Shown: positions 1-15,105 of the stretch, in pieces | How positions within the stretch are numbered: position 1 is the stretch's first letter | Layout of the letters: each line of letters starts with the position of its first letter | Assembly: GCA_964016885.1 (NCBI GenBank) | Contig: OZ024740.1 | Span: 295,368,001 to 295,432,000 of the forward strand | Direction: 5' to 3' | Length of the DNA: 64,000 bases | Origin: Eledone cirrhosa | Lineage: Eukaryota | Position numbers and translations under genes: made by a program | Notes under the pieces: model-generated | What the model was told of the DNA's origin: nothing | Database searches by the model: none | Seen by the model: only the letters and a program-made list of their open reading frames with translations

Positions 1-655
1 CGAAATTTTCCGCAAAAATTGACTAAAATTTCGGGAAAAATTGACGAAATTTTCGGGAAAAAATGCCGAAACTTTAGGGAAAAAAATGATGAGATTTTCG
101 GCAAAAATTGACTACATTTTCGGGAAAAAATGACGAAAGTTTCGGCAAAAAGTGACGAAATTTTCTTGAAAAAATGCCGAAATTTTCGGCAAAAACTGAC
201 GAAATTTTCGTGAAAAAATGCCGAAATTTTCCGCAAAAATTGACGAAATTTTCTGTAAAAATTGACGAAATTTTCGGTAAAAAATGAGGAATTTTTAGGC
301 AAAAATTGACGAAATTTTAGGGGAAAAATGAAAAAATTTTCGGCAAAAATTGACGACATTTTCGGGAAAAAATGACGACATTTTCGGGAAAAAATGACGA
401 AAGTTTCGGGAAAAAATGCCTAAATTTTCGGGAAAAAAGGACGAAATTTTCGGTAAAAGTGACGAAATTTTCGGCAAAAATTGACGAAATTTTCGGCAGA
501 ATTTGACGAAATTTTCGGGAAAAAACGCCGAAATTTTCGGGGAAAAATGAAAAAGTTTTCGGCCAAAATGACGAAATTTTCGGGAAAAAACGAGGAAATT
601 TTCATGAAAAAATGCCCAAATGTTCAGCAAAAAATGACGAAATTTTCGGCAAAAA
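1..655. repeat. Degenerate ~20-21-bp satellite (GACGAAATTTTCGGSAAAAAWT-like), part of a ~3.54-kb composite unit
   Basis: Tandem imperfect copies of GACGAAATTTTCGG + A-tract; the end of this block recurs almost identically just before 4199. Confidence 0.95.
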
Positions 656-736
656 TTAGGAGGTAGAATCTTAGGGGGTAGAACCTTAGGAGGTAAAACC
701 TTAGGAGGTAGAACCAAGGGGTAGAAGCTTAGGGGG
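656..736 (+). repeat. 15-bp minisatellite TTAGGRGGTAGAACC (~5.5 copies)
   Basis: ttaggaggtagaatc ttagggggtagaacc ttaggaggtaaaacc ttaggaggtagaacc ...; repeated at 4199-4279. Confidence 0.9.
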
Positions 737-737
737 A

Positions 738-1668
738 ATCCATTTTTTATTTCGGTGATCCATTTTCTATTTGGGGGATCCATTTTTTATTTCGGTGATC
801 CATTTTTTATTTGGGTGATCCATTTTTTATTTGATGGATCTCCCAAATAAAAAATGGATCACCCAAATAAAAAATGGATCCCCCAAATAAAAAATGGATC
901 ACCCAAATAAAAAATGGATCACCCAAATAAAAACTTGATCCTCCAAATAAAAAATGGATCACCCAAATAAAAAATGGATCCCCCAAATAAAAAATGGATC
1001 CCCCAAATAAAAAATGGATCCCCCAAATAAAAAATGGATCACCCAAATAAAAACTGGATCCCCCAAATAAAAAATGGATCCCCCAAATAAAAAATTGATC
1101 ACCCAAATAAAAAATGGATCGCCCAAATAAAAAATGGATCCAAAAAATTAAAAATGGATCCCCCAAATAAAAAATGGATCCCCCAAATAAAAAATGGATC
1201 CCCCAAATAAAAAATGGATCACCCAAATTAAAAATTGATCACCCAAATAAAAAATGGATCGCCCAAATAAAAAATGGATCGCCCAAATAAAAAATGGATC
1301 ACCCAAATAAAAAATGGATCACCCAAATAAAAAATGGATCCCCCAAATAAAAAATAGATCCCCCAAATAAAAAATGGATCGCCCAAATAAAAAATGGATC
1401 CAAAAAATTAAAAATGGATCCCCCAAATAAAAAATGGATCCCCCAAATAAAAAATGGATCCCCCAAATAAAAAATGGATCACCCAAATAAAAAATTGATC
1501 ACCCAAATAAATAATGGATCGCCCAAATAAAAAATGGATCGCCCAAATAAAAAATGGATCACCCAAATAAAAAATGGATCACCCAAATAAAAAATGGATC
1601 CCCCAAATAAAAAATAGATCCCCCAAATAAAAAATGGATCACCCAAATAAAAAATGGATCACCCAAAT
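738..1668. repeat. 20-bp satellite GGATCMCCCAAATAAAAAAT; ~5 inverted copies (738-835) then ~41 forward copies
   Basis: ATCCATTTTTTATTTSGGTG units switch to GGATCACCCAAATAAAAAAT units at ~835. Confidence 0.95.
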
Positions 1669-4198
1669 TAATGCTGAAATTTTCTGGAAAAAATGACGAA
1701 ATTTTCTGGAAAAAATGACCAAATTTTCAGCAAAAATGACGAAATTTTCTGGAAAAATTGACGAAATATTCTGGATAAATTGACGAAATATTCGTGAAAA
1801 ATGTCGAAATTTTTTGGAAACAATGACGAAATTTTCGGGAAATATTGACGAAATTTTCTGTGAAAAATGCCGAAATTTTCGGGAAAAAACGTCGAAATTT
1901 TGGTCAAAAATTGTTGAAATTTTCGGCAAAAATTGTTGAAATTTTCGGCTGAAACTGACGAAATTTTCGGGAAAAAATGATGAAATTTTCGGCAAAAATT
2001 GACTAAATTTTCCGGAAAAAATGACGAAATTTCCGGCAAAAATTTACGAAATTTTCATGAAAAAATGATGAAATTTTCTGTAAATTTGACGAAAATTTCG
2101 GGGAAAAAATGCTGAAATTTTCTGGAAAATATGACGAAATTTTTAGCAAAAATGACGAAATTTTCTGGAAAAATTGACGAAATATCCTGGATAAATTGAC
2201 GAAATATTCGGGAAAAAATGTCGAAATTTTTTTGAAAAAATGACGAAATTATCGGCAAAAAATGATGAAATTTTCGTGAAAAATTGACGAAATTTTCTTT
2301 GAAAAATGCCGAAATTTTCGGGAAAAAACGTCGAAATTTTCGGGAAAAAATGATGAAATTTTTGGCAACAACTGACTAAATTTTCCGGAAAAAATGACGA
2401 AATATTCGGCAAAAAATGACGAAATTTTCGTGAAAAAAATGCCGAAATTTTCCGCAAAAATTGACTAAATTTTCGGGAAAAATTGACGAAATTTTCGGTA
2501 AAAAATCAGGAGTTTTTAGGCAAAAATTGACGAAATTTTCGGGAAAAATTGACGAAATTTTCTTGAAAAAATGCCGAAACTTTAGGGAAAAAAATGATAA
2601 AATTTTCGGCAAAAATTGACGACATTTTCGGGAAAAAATGACGAAAGTTTCGGCAAAAAGTGACGAAATTTTCTTGGAAAAATGCCGTAATTTTCTGGAA
2701 AAAGACGTCGAAATTTTCGGCAAAAATTGTTGAAATTTTCGGCTGAAATTGACGAAATTTTCGGGAAAAAATGATGAAATTTTCGGCATAAATTGACTAA
2801 ATTTACGGAAAAAATGACGAAAATATCGGCAAAAATTGACGAAATTTTCGTGAAAATATGCCGAAATTTTCCGCAAAAATTGACTAAATTTTCTGTAAAA
2901 ATTGACGAAATTTTCGGTAAAAAATGAGGAATTTTTAGGCAAAAATTGACGAAATTTTCGGGTAAAAATGCCGAAATTTTAGGGGGGAAAATGATGAAAT
3001 TTTCGGCAAAAATTGACGACATTTTCGGGAAAAAATGACGAAAGTTTCGGGAAAAAAGGACGAAATTTTCGGGAAAAAAGGACGAAATTTTCTGTGAAAA
3101 ATGCCGAAATTTTCGGGAAAAAAGGTCGAAATTTTCGGCAAAAACTGTTGAAATTTTCGGCAAAAATTGTTGAAATTTTCGGCTGAAACTGACGAAATTT
3201 TCGGGAAAAAATGACGAACTTTCCGGCAAAAATTTACGAAATTTTCATGAAAAAATGATGAAATTTTCTGTAAAAATTGACGAAAGTTTCGGGAAAAAAT
3301 GCTGAAATTTTCTGGAAAAAATGACGAAATTTTCTGGAAAAATTGACGAAATATCCTGGATAAATTGACGAAATATTCGGTAAAAAATGTCGAAATTTTT
3401 TTGAAAAAATGACGAAATTATCGGCAAAAAATGATGAAATTTTCGGGAAAAATTGACGAAATTTTCTTTGATAAATGCCGAAATTTTCGGGAAAAAACGT
3501 CGAAATTTTCGGCTGAAACTGACGAAATTTTCGGGAAAAAATGATGAAATTTTGGGCAAAAATTGACTAAATTTTCCGGAAAAAATGACGAGATATTCGG
3601 CAAAAATTGACGAAATTTTCGGGAAAAAATGCCGAAACTTTAGGGAAAAAAATGATGAGATTTTCGGCAAAAATTGACTACATTTTCGGGAAAAAATGAC
3701 GAAAGTTTCGGCAAAAAGTGACGAAATTTTCTTGAAAAAATGCCGAAATTTTCGGCAAAAACTGACGAAATTTTCGCGAAAAAATGCCGAAATTTTCAGC
3801 AAAAATTGACGAAATTTTCTGTAAAAATTGACGAAATTTTCGGTAAAAAATTAGGAATTTTTAGGCAAAAATTGACGAAATTTTAGGGGAAAAATGAAAA
3901 AATTTTCGGCAAAAATTGACGACATTTTCGGGAAAAAATGACGAAAGTTTCGGGAAAAAATGCCTAAATTTTCGGGAAAAAAGGACGAAATTTTCGGTAA
4001 AAGTGACGAAATTTTCGGCAAAAATTGACGAAATTTTCGGCAGAATTTGACGAAATTTTCGGGAAAAAACGCCGAAATTTTCGGGGAAAAATGAAAAAGT
4101 TTTCGGCCAAAATGACGAAATTTTCGGGAAAAAACGAGGAAATTTTCATGAAAAAATGCCCAAATGTTCAGCAAAAATGACGAAATTTTCGGCAAAAA
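1669..4198. repeat. Degenerate ~20-21-bp satellite (same family as 1-655)
   Basis: Continuous GACGAAATTTTCGG/A-tract units with internal sub-duplications. Confidence 0.95.
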
Positions 4199-4521
4199 TT
4201 AGGAGGTAGAATCTTAGGGGGTAGAACCTTAGGAGGTAAAACCTTAGGAGGTAGAACCAAGGGGTAGAAGCTTAGGGGGAATCCATTTTTTATTTCGGTG
4301 ATCCATTTTCTATTTGGGGGATCCATTTTTTATTTCGGTGATCCATTTTTTTATTTGGGTGATCCATTTTTTATTTGATGGATCTCCCAAATAAAAAATG
4401 GATCACCCAAATAAAAAATGGATCCCCCAATAAAAAATGGATCACCCAAATAAAAAATGGATCACCCAAATAAAAACTTGATCCTCCAAATAAAAAATGG
4501 ATCCCCCAAATAAAAAATGGA
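4199..4521. repeat. Second copy of the 15-bp + fold-back 20-bp cassette (truncated by gap)
   Basis: Near-identical to 656-~980 at an offset of 3543 bp. Confidence 0.95.
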
Positions 4522-4721
4522 NNNNNNNNNNNNNNNNNNNNNNNNNNNNNNNNNNNNNNNNNNNNNNNNNNNNNNNNNNNNNNNNNNNNNNNNNNNNNNN
4601 NNNNNNNNNNNNNNNNNNNNNNNNNNNNNNNNNNNNNNNNNNNNNNNNNNNNNNNNNNNNNNNNNNNNNNNNNNNNNNNNNNNNNNNNNNNNNNNNNNNN
4701 NNNNNNNNNNNNNNNNNNNNN
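4522..4721. other. Assembly gap (200 N)
   Basis: Run of exactly 200 N, typical of a fixed-size scaffolding gap; true distance and orientation across it are unknown. Confidence 0.99.
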
Positions 4722-7700
4722 GACAGTAGTGATGGTGGTGGTGATGACAGTAGTGATGGTGGTGGTGATAGACTGTAGTGATGGTGGTGGTGATGACTGT
4801 AGTGATGGTGGTGGAGATGGTGGTGGTGATGGTGGTGGTGATGACTGTGGTGATGGTGGTGGTGATGACTGTAGTGATGGTGGTGGTGATGACAGTAGTG
4901 ATGGTGGTGGTGAGATGACTGTGGTGATGGTGGTGGTGATGACTGTAGTGATGGTGGTGTGGTGATGACAGCAGTGATGGTGGTGGTGATGACTGTAGTG
5001 ATGGTGGTGGTGATGACTGTAGTGATGGTGGTGGTGATGACTGTAGTGATGGTGGTGGTGATGACTGTAGTGATGGTGGTGGTGATGACAGTGATGATGG
5101 TTGGTGGGTGATGACAGTGGTGATGGTGGTGGTGATGACTGTAGTGATGGTGGTGGTGATGACAGTAGTGATGGTGGTGGTGATGAAGTGGTGATGGTGG
5201 GTGATGACAGTGGTGATGGTGGTGGTGATGACTGTAGTGATGGTGGTGGTGATGACTGTAGTGATGGTGGTGGTGATGACTGTAGTGATGTGGTGTGATG
5301 ACAGTAGGTGATGGTGGTGGTGATGACTGTGGTGATGGTGGTGGTGATGACTGTAGTGATGGTGGTGGTGATGACAGTGGTGATGGGTGGTGGTGATGAC
5401 AGTGGTGATGGTGGTGGTGATGACAGTAGTGATGGTGGTGGTGATGACAGTAGTGATGGTGGTGGTGATGACTGTAGTGATGGTGGTGGTGATGACTGTA
5501 GTGATGGTGGTGGTGATGACTGTAGTGATGGTGGTGGTGATGTGGTGGTGATGGTGGTGGTGATGACTATGGTGATGGTGGTGGTGATGACTGTAGTGAT
5601 GGTGGTGGTGATGACAGTAGTGATGGTGGTGGTGATGACTGTGGTGATGGTGGTGGTGGTGATGACTGTAGCGATGGTGGTGGTGATGACAGTAGTGATG
5701 GTGGTGGTGATGACTGTAGTGATGGTGGTTGGTGATGACTGTAGTGATGGTGGTGGTGATGACTGTAGTGATGGTGGTGGTGATGACTGTAGTGATGGTG
5801 GTGGTGATGACAGTGGTGATGGTGGTGGTGATGACAGTGGTGATGGTGGTGGTGATGACTGTAGTGATGGTGGTGGTGATGACAGTGGTGATGGTGGTGG
5901 TGATGACAGTGGTGATGGTGGTGGTGATGACTGTAGTGATGGTGGTGGTGATGACTGTAGTGATGGTGGTGGTGATGACTAGTAGTGATGGTGGTTGGTG
6001 ATGACTGTAGTGATGGTGGTGGTGATGGTGGTGGTGATGACTGTAGTGATGGTGGTGGTGATGACTGTAGTGATGGTGGTGGTGATGACAGTGGTGATGG
6101 TGGTGGTGATTACTGTAGTGATGGTGGTGGTGATGACTGTAGTGATGGTGGTGGTGATGACAGTGGTGATGGTGGTGGTGATGACAGTGGTGATGGTGGT
6201 GGTGATGACTGTAGTGATGGTGGTGGTGATGACAGTAGTGATGGTGGTGGTGATGACAGTGGTGATGGTGGTGGTGGTGATGACAGTGGTGATGGTGGTG
6301 GTGATGACTGTAGTGATGGTGGTGGTGATGACAGTGGTGATGGTGGTGGTGATGATTGTAGTGATGGTGGTGGTGATGACTGTAGTGATGGTGGTGGTGA
6401 TGACAGTAGTGATGGTGGTGGTGATGACAGTGGTGATGGTGGTGGTGATGACTGTGGTGATGGTGGTGGGATGACAGTGGTGATGGTGGTGGTGATGACT
6501 GTAGTGATGGTGGTGGTGATGACTGTAGTGATGGTGGTGGTGATGACAGTAGTGATGGTGGTGGGTGATGACTGTAGTGATGGTGGTGGTGATGGTGGTG
6601 GTGATGACTGTAGTGATGGTGGTGGTGATGACTGTAGTGATGGTGGTGGTGATGACAGTGGTGATGGTGGTGGTGATTACTGTAGTGATGGTGGTGGTGA
6701 TGACTGTAGTGATGGTGGTGGTGATGACAGTGGTGATGGTGGTGGTGATGACAGTGGTGATGGTGGTGGTGATGACTGTAGTGATGGTGGTGGTGATGAC
6801 AGTAGTGATGGTGGTGGTTGATGACAGTGGTGATGGTGGTGGGTGATGACAGTGGTGATGGTGGTGGTGATGACTGTAGTGATGGTGGTGGTGATGACAG
6901 TTGGTGATGGTGGTGGTGATGATTGTAGTGATGGTGGTGGTGATGACTGTAGTGATGGTGGTGGTGATGACTGTAGTGATGGTGGTGGTGATGACAGTGG
7001 TGATGGTGGTGGTGATGACTGTGGTGATGGTGGTGGTGATGACTGTAGTGATGGTGGTGGTGATGACTGTAGTGATGGTGTGGTGATGACAGTGGTGATG
7101 GTGGTGGTGATGACTGTAGTGATGGTGGTGGTGATGACAGTAGGTGATGGTGGTGGTGATGACTGTAGTGATGGTGGTGGTTGATGACTGTAGTGATGGT
7201 GGTGGTGATGACTGTAGTGATGGTGGTGGTGATGACAGTGGTGATGGTGGTGGTGATGACTGTAGTGATGGTGGTGGGTGATGACTGTAGTGATGGTGGT
7301 GGTGATGACTGTAGTGATGGTGGTGGTGATAACAGTGGTGATGGTGGTGGTGATGACAGTGGTGATGGTGGTGGTGATGACTGTAGTGATGGTGGGTGAT
7401 GACAGTGGTGATGGTGGTGTGGTGATGACTGTAGTGATGGTGGTGGTGATGACAGTGGTGATGGTGGTGGTGATGACTGTAGTGATGGTGGTGGTGATGA
7501 CTGTAGTGATGGTGGGTGGTGATGACAGTGGTGATGGTGGTGGTGATGACTGTAGTGATGGTGGTGGTGATGACTGTAGTGATGGTGGTGGTGATGAAGT
7601 AGTGATGGTGGTGGTGATGACTGTAGTGATGGTGGTGGTGATGACTGTAGTGATGGTGGTGGTGATGACAGTGGTGATGGTGGTGGTGATGACTGTAGTG

Positions 7701-10700
7701 ATGGTGGTGGTGATGACTGTAGTGATGGTGGTGTTGAGGACAGTGGTGATGGTGGTGGTGATGACTGTAGTGATGGTGGTGGTGATGACTGTAGTGATGG
7801 TGGTGGTGATGACTGTAGTGATGGTGGTGGTGATGACAGTGGTGATGGTGGTGGTGTGATGACAGTAGTGATGGTGGTGTGGTGATGACTGTAGTGATGG
7901 TGGTGGTGATGACTGTAGTGATGGTGGTGGTGATGACAGTAGTGATGGTGGTGGTGATGACAGTGGTGATGGTGGTGGTGATGACTGTAGTGATGGTGGT
8001 GGTGATGACAGTGGTGATGGTGGTGGTGATGACTGTAGTGATGGTGGTGGTGATGACTGTAGTGATGGTGGTGGTGATGACAGTGGTGATGGTGGTGGTG
8101 ATGACTGTAGTGATGGTGGTGGTGATGACTGTAGTGATGGTGGTGGTGATGACTGTAGTGATGGTGGTGGTGATGACAGTGGTGATGGTGGTGGTGATGA
8201 CAGTAGTGATGGTGGTGGTGATGACTGTAGTGATGGTGGTGGTGATGACTGTAGTGATGGTGGTGGTGATGACAGTGGTGATGGTGGTGGTGATGACTGT
8301 AGTGATGGTGGTGGTGATGACAGTGGTGATGGTGGTGGTGACTGTAGTGATGGTGGTGGTGATGACTGTAGTGATGGTGGTGGTGATGACAGTGGTGATG
8401 GTGGTGGTGATGACTGTAGTGATGGTGGTGGTGATGACTGTAGTGATGGTGGTGGTGATGACTGTAGTGATGGTGGTGGTGATGACTGTAGTGATGGTGG
8501 TGGTGATGACTGTGGTGATGGTGGTGGTGATGACTGTAGTGATGGGGTGGTGGTGATGACTGTAGTGATGGTGGTGGTGATGACAGTGGTGATGGTGGTG
8601 GTGTGACAGTGGTGATGGTGGTGGTGATGACTGTAGTGATGGTGGTGGTGATGACAGTGGTGATGGTGGTGGTGATGACAGTGGTGATGGTGGTGGTGAT
8701 GACTGTAGTGATGGTGGTGGTGATGACAGTAGTGATGGTGGTGGTGATGACTGTAGTGATGGTGGTGGTGATGACTGTAGTGATGGTGGTGGTGATGACA
8801 GTGGTGATGGTGGTGGTGATGACTGTAGTCGATGGCGGGTGGTGATGACTGTAGTGATGGTGGAGGTGATGACAGTAGTGATGGTGGTGGTGATGACTGT
8901 AGTGATGGTGGTGGTGATGACTGTAGTGATGGTGGTGGTGATGACAGTGGTGATGGTGGTGGTGATGACAGTAGTGATGGTGGTGGTGATGACAGTAGTG
9001 ATGGTGGTGGTGATGACAGTAGTGATGGTGGTGGTGATGACTGTAGTGATGGTGCGTGGTGATGACTGTAGTGATGGTGGTGGTGATGACTGTGGTGATG
9101 GTGGTGGTGATGACTGTGGTGATGGTGGTGGTGATGACTGTAGTGATGGTGGTGGTGATGACAGTAGTGATGGTGGTGGTGATGACTGTAGTGATGGTGG
9201 TGGTGATGACTGTAGTGATGGTGGTAGGTGATGACAGTAGTGATGGTGGTGGTGATGACTGTAGGTGATGGTGGTGGTGATGACTGTAGTGATGGTGGTG
9301 GTGATGACTGTAGGTGATGGTGGTGGTGATGACTGTAGTGATGGTGGTGGTGATGACAGTAGTGATGGTGGTGGTGATGACAGTAGGTGATGGTGGTGGT
9401 GATGACTGTAGTGATGGTGGTGGTGATGACTGTAGTGATGGTGGTGGTGATGACTGTAGTGATGGTGGTGGTGATGACGTGATGGTGGTGGTGATGACTG
9501 TGGTGATGGTGGTGGTGATGACTGTAGTGATGGTGGTGGTGATGACTGTAGTGATGGTGGTGGTGATGACAGTAGTGATGGTGGTGGTGATGACAGTGGT
9601 GATGGTGGTGGTGATGACTGTAGTGATGTGGTGGTGATGACTGTGGTGATGGTGGTGGTGATGACAGTGGTGATGGTGGTGGTGATGACTGTAGTGATGG
9701 TGGTGGTGATGACTGTAGTGATGGTGGTGGTGATGACAGTAGGTGATGGTGGTGGTGATGACAGTGAGTGATGGTGGTGGTGATGACTGTAGTGATGGTG
9801 GTGGTGATGACAGTAGTGATGGTGGTGGTGATGACAGTAGTGATGGTGGTGGTGATGACTGTGGTGATGGTGGTTGGTGATGACTGTAGTGATGGTGGTG
9901 GTGATGACAGTTGGTGATGGTGGTGGTGATGACTGTAGTGATGGTGGTGGTGATGACTGTAGTGATGGTGGTGGTGATGACTGTAGTGATGGTGGTGGTG
10001 ATGACAGTGTGATGGTGGTGGTGATGACTGTAGTGATGGTGGTGGTGATGACAGTGGTGATGGTGGTGGTGATGACTGTAGTGATGGTGGTGGTGATGAC
10101 AGTGGTGATGGTGGTGGTGATGACTGTAGTGATGGTGGTGGTGATGACTGTTGTGATGGTGGTGGTGATGACTGTAGTGATGGTGGTGGTGATGACTGTA
10201 GTGATGGTGGTGGTGATGACTGTAGTGATGGTGGTGGTGATGACTGTAGTGATGGTGGTGGTGATGACAGTGGTGATGGTGGTGGTGATGACAGTAGTGA
10301 TGGTGGTGGTGATGACAGTGGTGATGGTGGTGGTGTGACTGTAGTGATGGTGGTGGTGATGACTGTAGTGATGGTGGTGGTGATGACTGTAGTGATGGTG
10401 GTGGTGATGACTGTAGTGATGGTGGTGGTGATGACTGTAGTGATGGTGGTGGCTGATGACTGTAGTGATGGTGGTGGTGATGACTGTAGTGATGGTGGTG
10501 GTGATGACTGTAGTGATGGTGGTGGTGATGACTGTAGTGATGGTGGTGGTGATGACTGTAGTGATGGTGGTGGTGATGACAGTGGTGATGGTGGTGGTGA
10601 TGACAGTAGTGATGGTGGTGGTGATGACAGTGGTGATGGTGGTGGTGGTGACTGTAGTGATGGTGGTGGTGATGACTGTAGTGATGGTGGTGGTGATGAC

Positions 10701-13700
10701 AGTGGTGATGGTGGTGGTGATGACTGTGGTGATGGTGGTGGTGATGACTGTAGTGATGGTGGTGGTGATGACTGTAGTGATGGTGGTGGTGATGACAGTG
10801 GTGATGGTGGTGGTGATGACAGTAGTGATGGCGGTGGTGATGACTGTAGTGATGGTGGTGGTGATGACTGTAGTGATGGTGGTGGTGATGACTGTAGTGA
10901 TGGTGGTGGTGATGACAGTGGTGATGGTGGTGGTGATGACAGTAGTGATGGTGGTGGTGATGACAGTGGTGATGGTGGTGGTGGTGACTGTAGTGATGAT
11001 GGTGGTGATGACTGTAGTGATGGTGGTGGTGATGACAGTGGTGATGGTGGTGGTGATGACTGTAGTGATGGTGGTGGTGATGACAGTAGTGATGGTGGTG
11101 GTGATGACTGTAGTGATGGTGGTGGTGATGACTGTGGTGTTGGTGGTGGTGATAACAGTGGTGATGGTGGTGCTGATGACAGTGGTGATGGTGGTGGTGA
11201 TGACTGTAGTGATGGTGGTGGTGATGACAGTGGTGATGGTGGTGGTGATGACAGTGGTGATGGTGGTGGTGATGACTGTGGTGATGGTGGTGGTGATGAC
11301 AGTAGTGATGGTGGTGGTGATGACTGTAGTGATGGTGGTGGTGATGACTGTAGTGATGGTGGTGGTGATGACTGTAGTGATGGTGGTGGTGATGACTGTA
11401 GTGATTGTGGTGGTGATGACTGTAGTGATGGTGGTGGTGATGACTGTAGTGATGGTGGTGGTGATGACTGTAGTGATGGTGGTGGTGATGACAGTGGTGA
11501 TGGTGGTGGTGGTGACTGTAGTGATGGTGGTGGTGATGACTGTTGTGATGGTGGTGGTGATGACTGTAGTGATGGTGGTGGTGATGACTGTAGTGATGGT
11601 GGTGGTGATGACTGTAGTGATGGTGGTGGTGATGACTGTAGTGATGGTGGTGGTGATGACAGTGGTGATGGTGGTGGTGATGACAGTAGTGATGGTGGTG
11701 GTGATGACAGTGGTGATGGTGGTGGTGGTGACTGTAGTGATGGTGGTGGTGATGACTGTAGTGATGGTGGTGGTGATGACTGTAGTGATGGTGGTGGTGA
11801 TGACTGTAGTGATGGTGGTGGTGATGACTGTAGTGATGGTGGTGGCGATGACTGTAGTGATGGTGGTGGTGATGACTGTAGTGATGGTGGTGGTGATGAC
11901 TGTAGTGATGGTGGTGGTGATGACTGTAGTGATGGTGGTGGTGATGACTGTAGTGATGGTGGTGGTGATGACAGTGGTGATGGTGGTGGTGATGACAGTA
12001 GTGATGGTGGTGGTGATGACAGTGGTGATGGTGGTGGTGATGACAGTGGTGATGATGGTGGTGATGACTGTAGTGATGGTGGTGGTGATGACAGTGGTGA
12101 TGGTGGTGGTGATGACTGTGGTGATGGTGGTGGTGATGACTGTAGTGATGGTGGTGGTGATGACAGTGGTGATGGTGGTGGTGATGACAGTAGTGATGGC
12201 GGTGGTGATGACTGTAGTGATGGTGGTGGTGATGACTGTAGTGATGGTGGTGGTGATGACTGTAGTGATGGTGGTGGTGATGACAGTAGTGATGGTGGTG
12301 GTGATGACTGTAGTGATGGTGGTGGTGATGACAGTAGTGATGGTGGTGGTGATGACAGTAGTGATGGTGGTGGTGATGACTGTAGTGATGGTGGTGGTGA
12401 TGACAGTGGTGATGGTGGTGGTGATGACAGTGGTGATGGTGGTGGTGATGACAGTAGTGTTTGTGGTGGTGATGACTGTAGTGATGGTGGTGGTGATGAC
12501 AGTGGTGATGGTGGTGGTGATGACTGTAGTGATGGTGGTGGTGATGACAGTGGTGATGGTGGTGGTGATGACAGTAGTGATGGTGGTGGTGGTGACAGTG
12601 GTGATGGTGGTGGTGATGACTGTAGTGATGGTGGTGGTGATGACTGTAGTGATGGTGGTGGTGATGACTGTAGTGATGGTGGTGGTGGTGACAGTGGTGA
12701 TGGTGGTGGTGATGACAGTGGTGATGGTGGTGGTGATGACTGTAGTGATGGTGGTGGTCATGACTGTAGTGATGGTGGTGGTGATGACTGTGGTGATGGT
12801 GGTGGTGATGACAGTGGTGATGGTGGTGGTGATGACTGTAGTGATGGTGGTGGTGATGACTGTAGTGATGGTGGTGGTGATGACTGTAGTGATGGTGGTG
12901 GTGATGACTGTAGTGATGGTGGTGGTGATGACAGTAGTGATGGTGGTGGTGATGACAGTGGTGATGGTGGTGGTGATGACTGTAGTGATGGTGGTGGTGA
13001 TGACTGTAGTGATGGTGGTGGTGATGACAGTAGTGATGGTGGTGGTGATGACAGTAGTGATGGTGGTGGTGATGACTGTAGTGATGGTGGTGGTGATGAC
13101 AGTAGTGATGGTGGTGGTGATGACAGTAGTGATGGTGGTGGTGATGACAGTGGTGATGGTGGTGGTGATGACTGTAGTGATGGTGGTGGTGATGACTGTA
13201 GTGATGGTGGTGGTGATGACAGTAGTGATGGTGGTGGTGATGACAGTAGTGATGGTGGTGGTGATGACCGTAGTGATGGTGGTGGTGATGACAGTAGTGA
13301 TGGTGGTGGTGATGACAGTAGTGATGGTGGTGGTGATGACAGTGGTGATGGTGGTGGTGATGACTGTAGTGATGGTGGTGGTGATGACTGTAGTGATGGT
13401 GGTGGTGATGACTGTAGTGATGGTGGTGGTGAAGACAGTGGTGATGGTGGTGGTGATGACTGTAGTGATGGTGGTGGTGATGACTGTAGTGATGGTGGTG
13501 GTGATGACAGTGGTGATGGTGGTGGTGATGACTGTAGTGATGGTGGTGGTGATGACTGTAGTGATGGTGGTGGTGATGACTGTAGTGATGGTGGTGGTGA
13601 AGACAGTGGTGATGGTGGTGGTGATGACTGTAGTGATGGTGGTGGTGATGACAGTAGTGATGGTGGTGGTGATGACTGTAGTGATGGTGGTGGTGATGAC

Positions 13701-13908
13701 TGTAGTGATGTTGGTGGTGATGACTGTAGTGATGGTGGTGGTGATGACAGTGGTGATGGTGGTGGTGATGACAGTGGTGATGGTGGTGGTGATGACAGTA
13801 GCGATGGTGGTGGTGATGACTGTAGTGATGGTGGTGGTGATGACTGTAGTGATGGTGGTGGTGATGACTGTAGTGATGGTGGTGGTGATGACTGTAGTGA
13901 TGGTGATG
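4722..13908 (+). repeat. 24-bp satellite GATGACWGTRGTGATGGTGGTGGT, G-rich on + strand (~380 units)
   Basis: Continuous tandem 24-mers with four common alleles (TGTAGT, AGTAGT, AGTGGT, TGTGGT); many 1-bp indels before ~10455, clean phase after. Confidence 0.98.
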
Positions 13909-14112
13909 TAATGTCTTTCCCCATACGTTGCTAAGGTAATCAGTGCTGACACGCTTTGATAATCAACAGAGGCAAGACATCTGCTCATCTGCTTCCACAA
14001 ATATCGTCAGACGTCTGTGTCACCCAGTTCAGGCAAACTTAGTTAGCATTTAAGCAAGAAATAAAATATATAACTAACGTATGCCCAGTTGTCTACAAAC
14101 ACTTATATTTGT

Positions 14113-15105
<993 letters not shown>

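Noticed and set aside
295-4195. Phe/Lys-rich ORFs
   Set aside because: Translations of the 20/21-bp satellites.
1-4198. Heat-shock-element or NF-kB-like motifs (TTCnnGAA, GGAAATTTTCC-like) in the 21-mer
   Set aside because: Spacing mostly does not give three contiguous nGAAn units; a low-complexity match with no supporting evidence.
13925-14050. Possible minus-strand exon in the spacer (GTATGG donor-like site)
   Set aside because: Stops in all frames from the candidate acceptor; no recognisable protein similarity.
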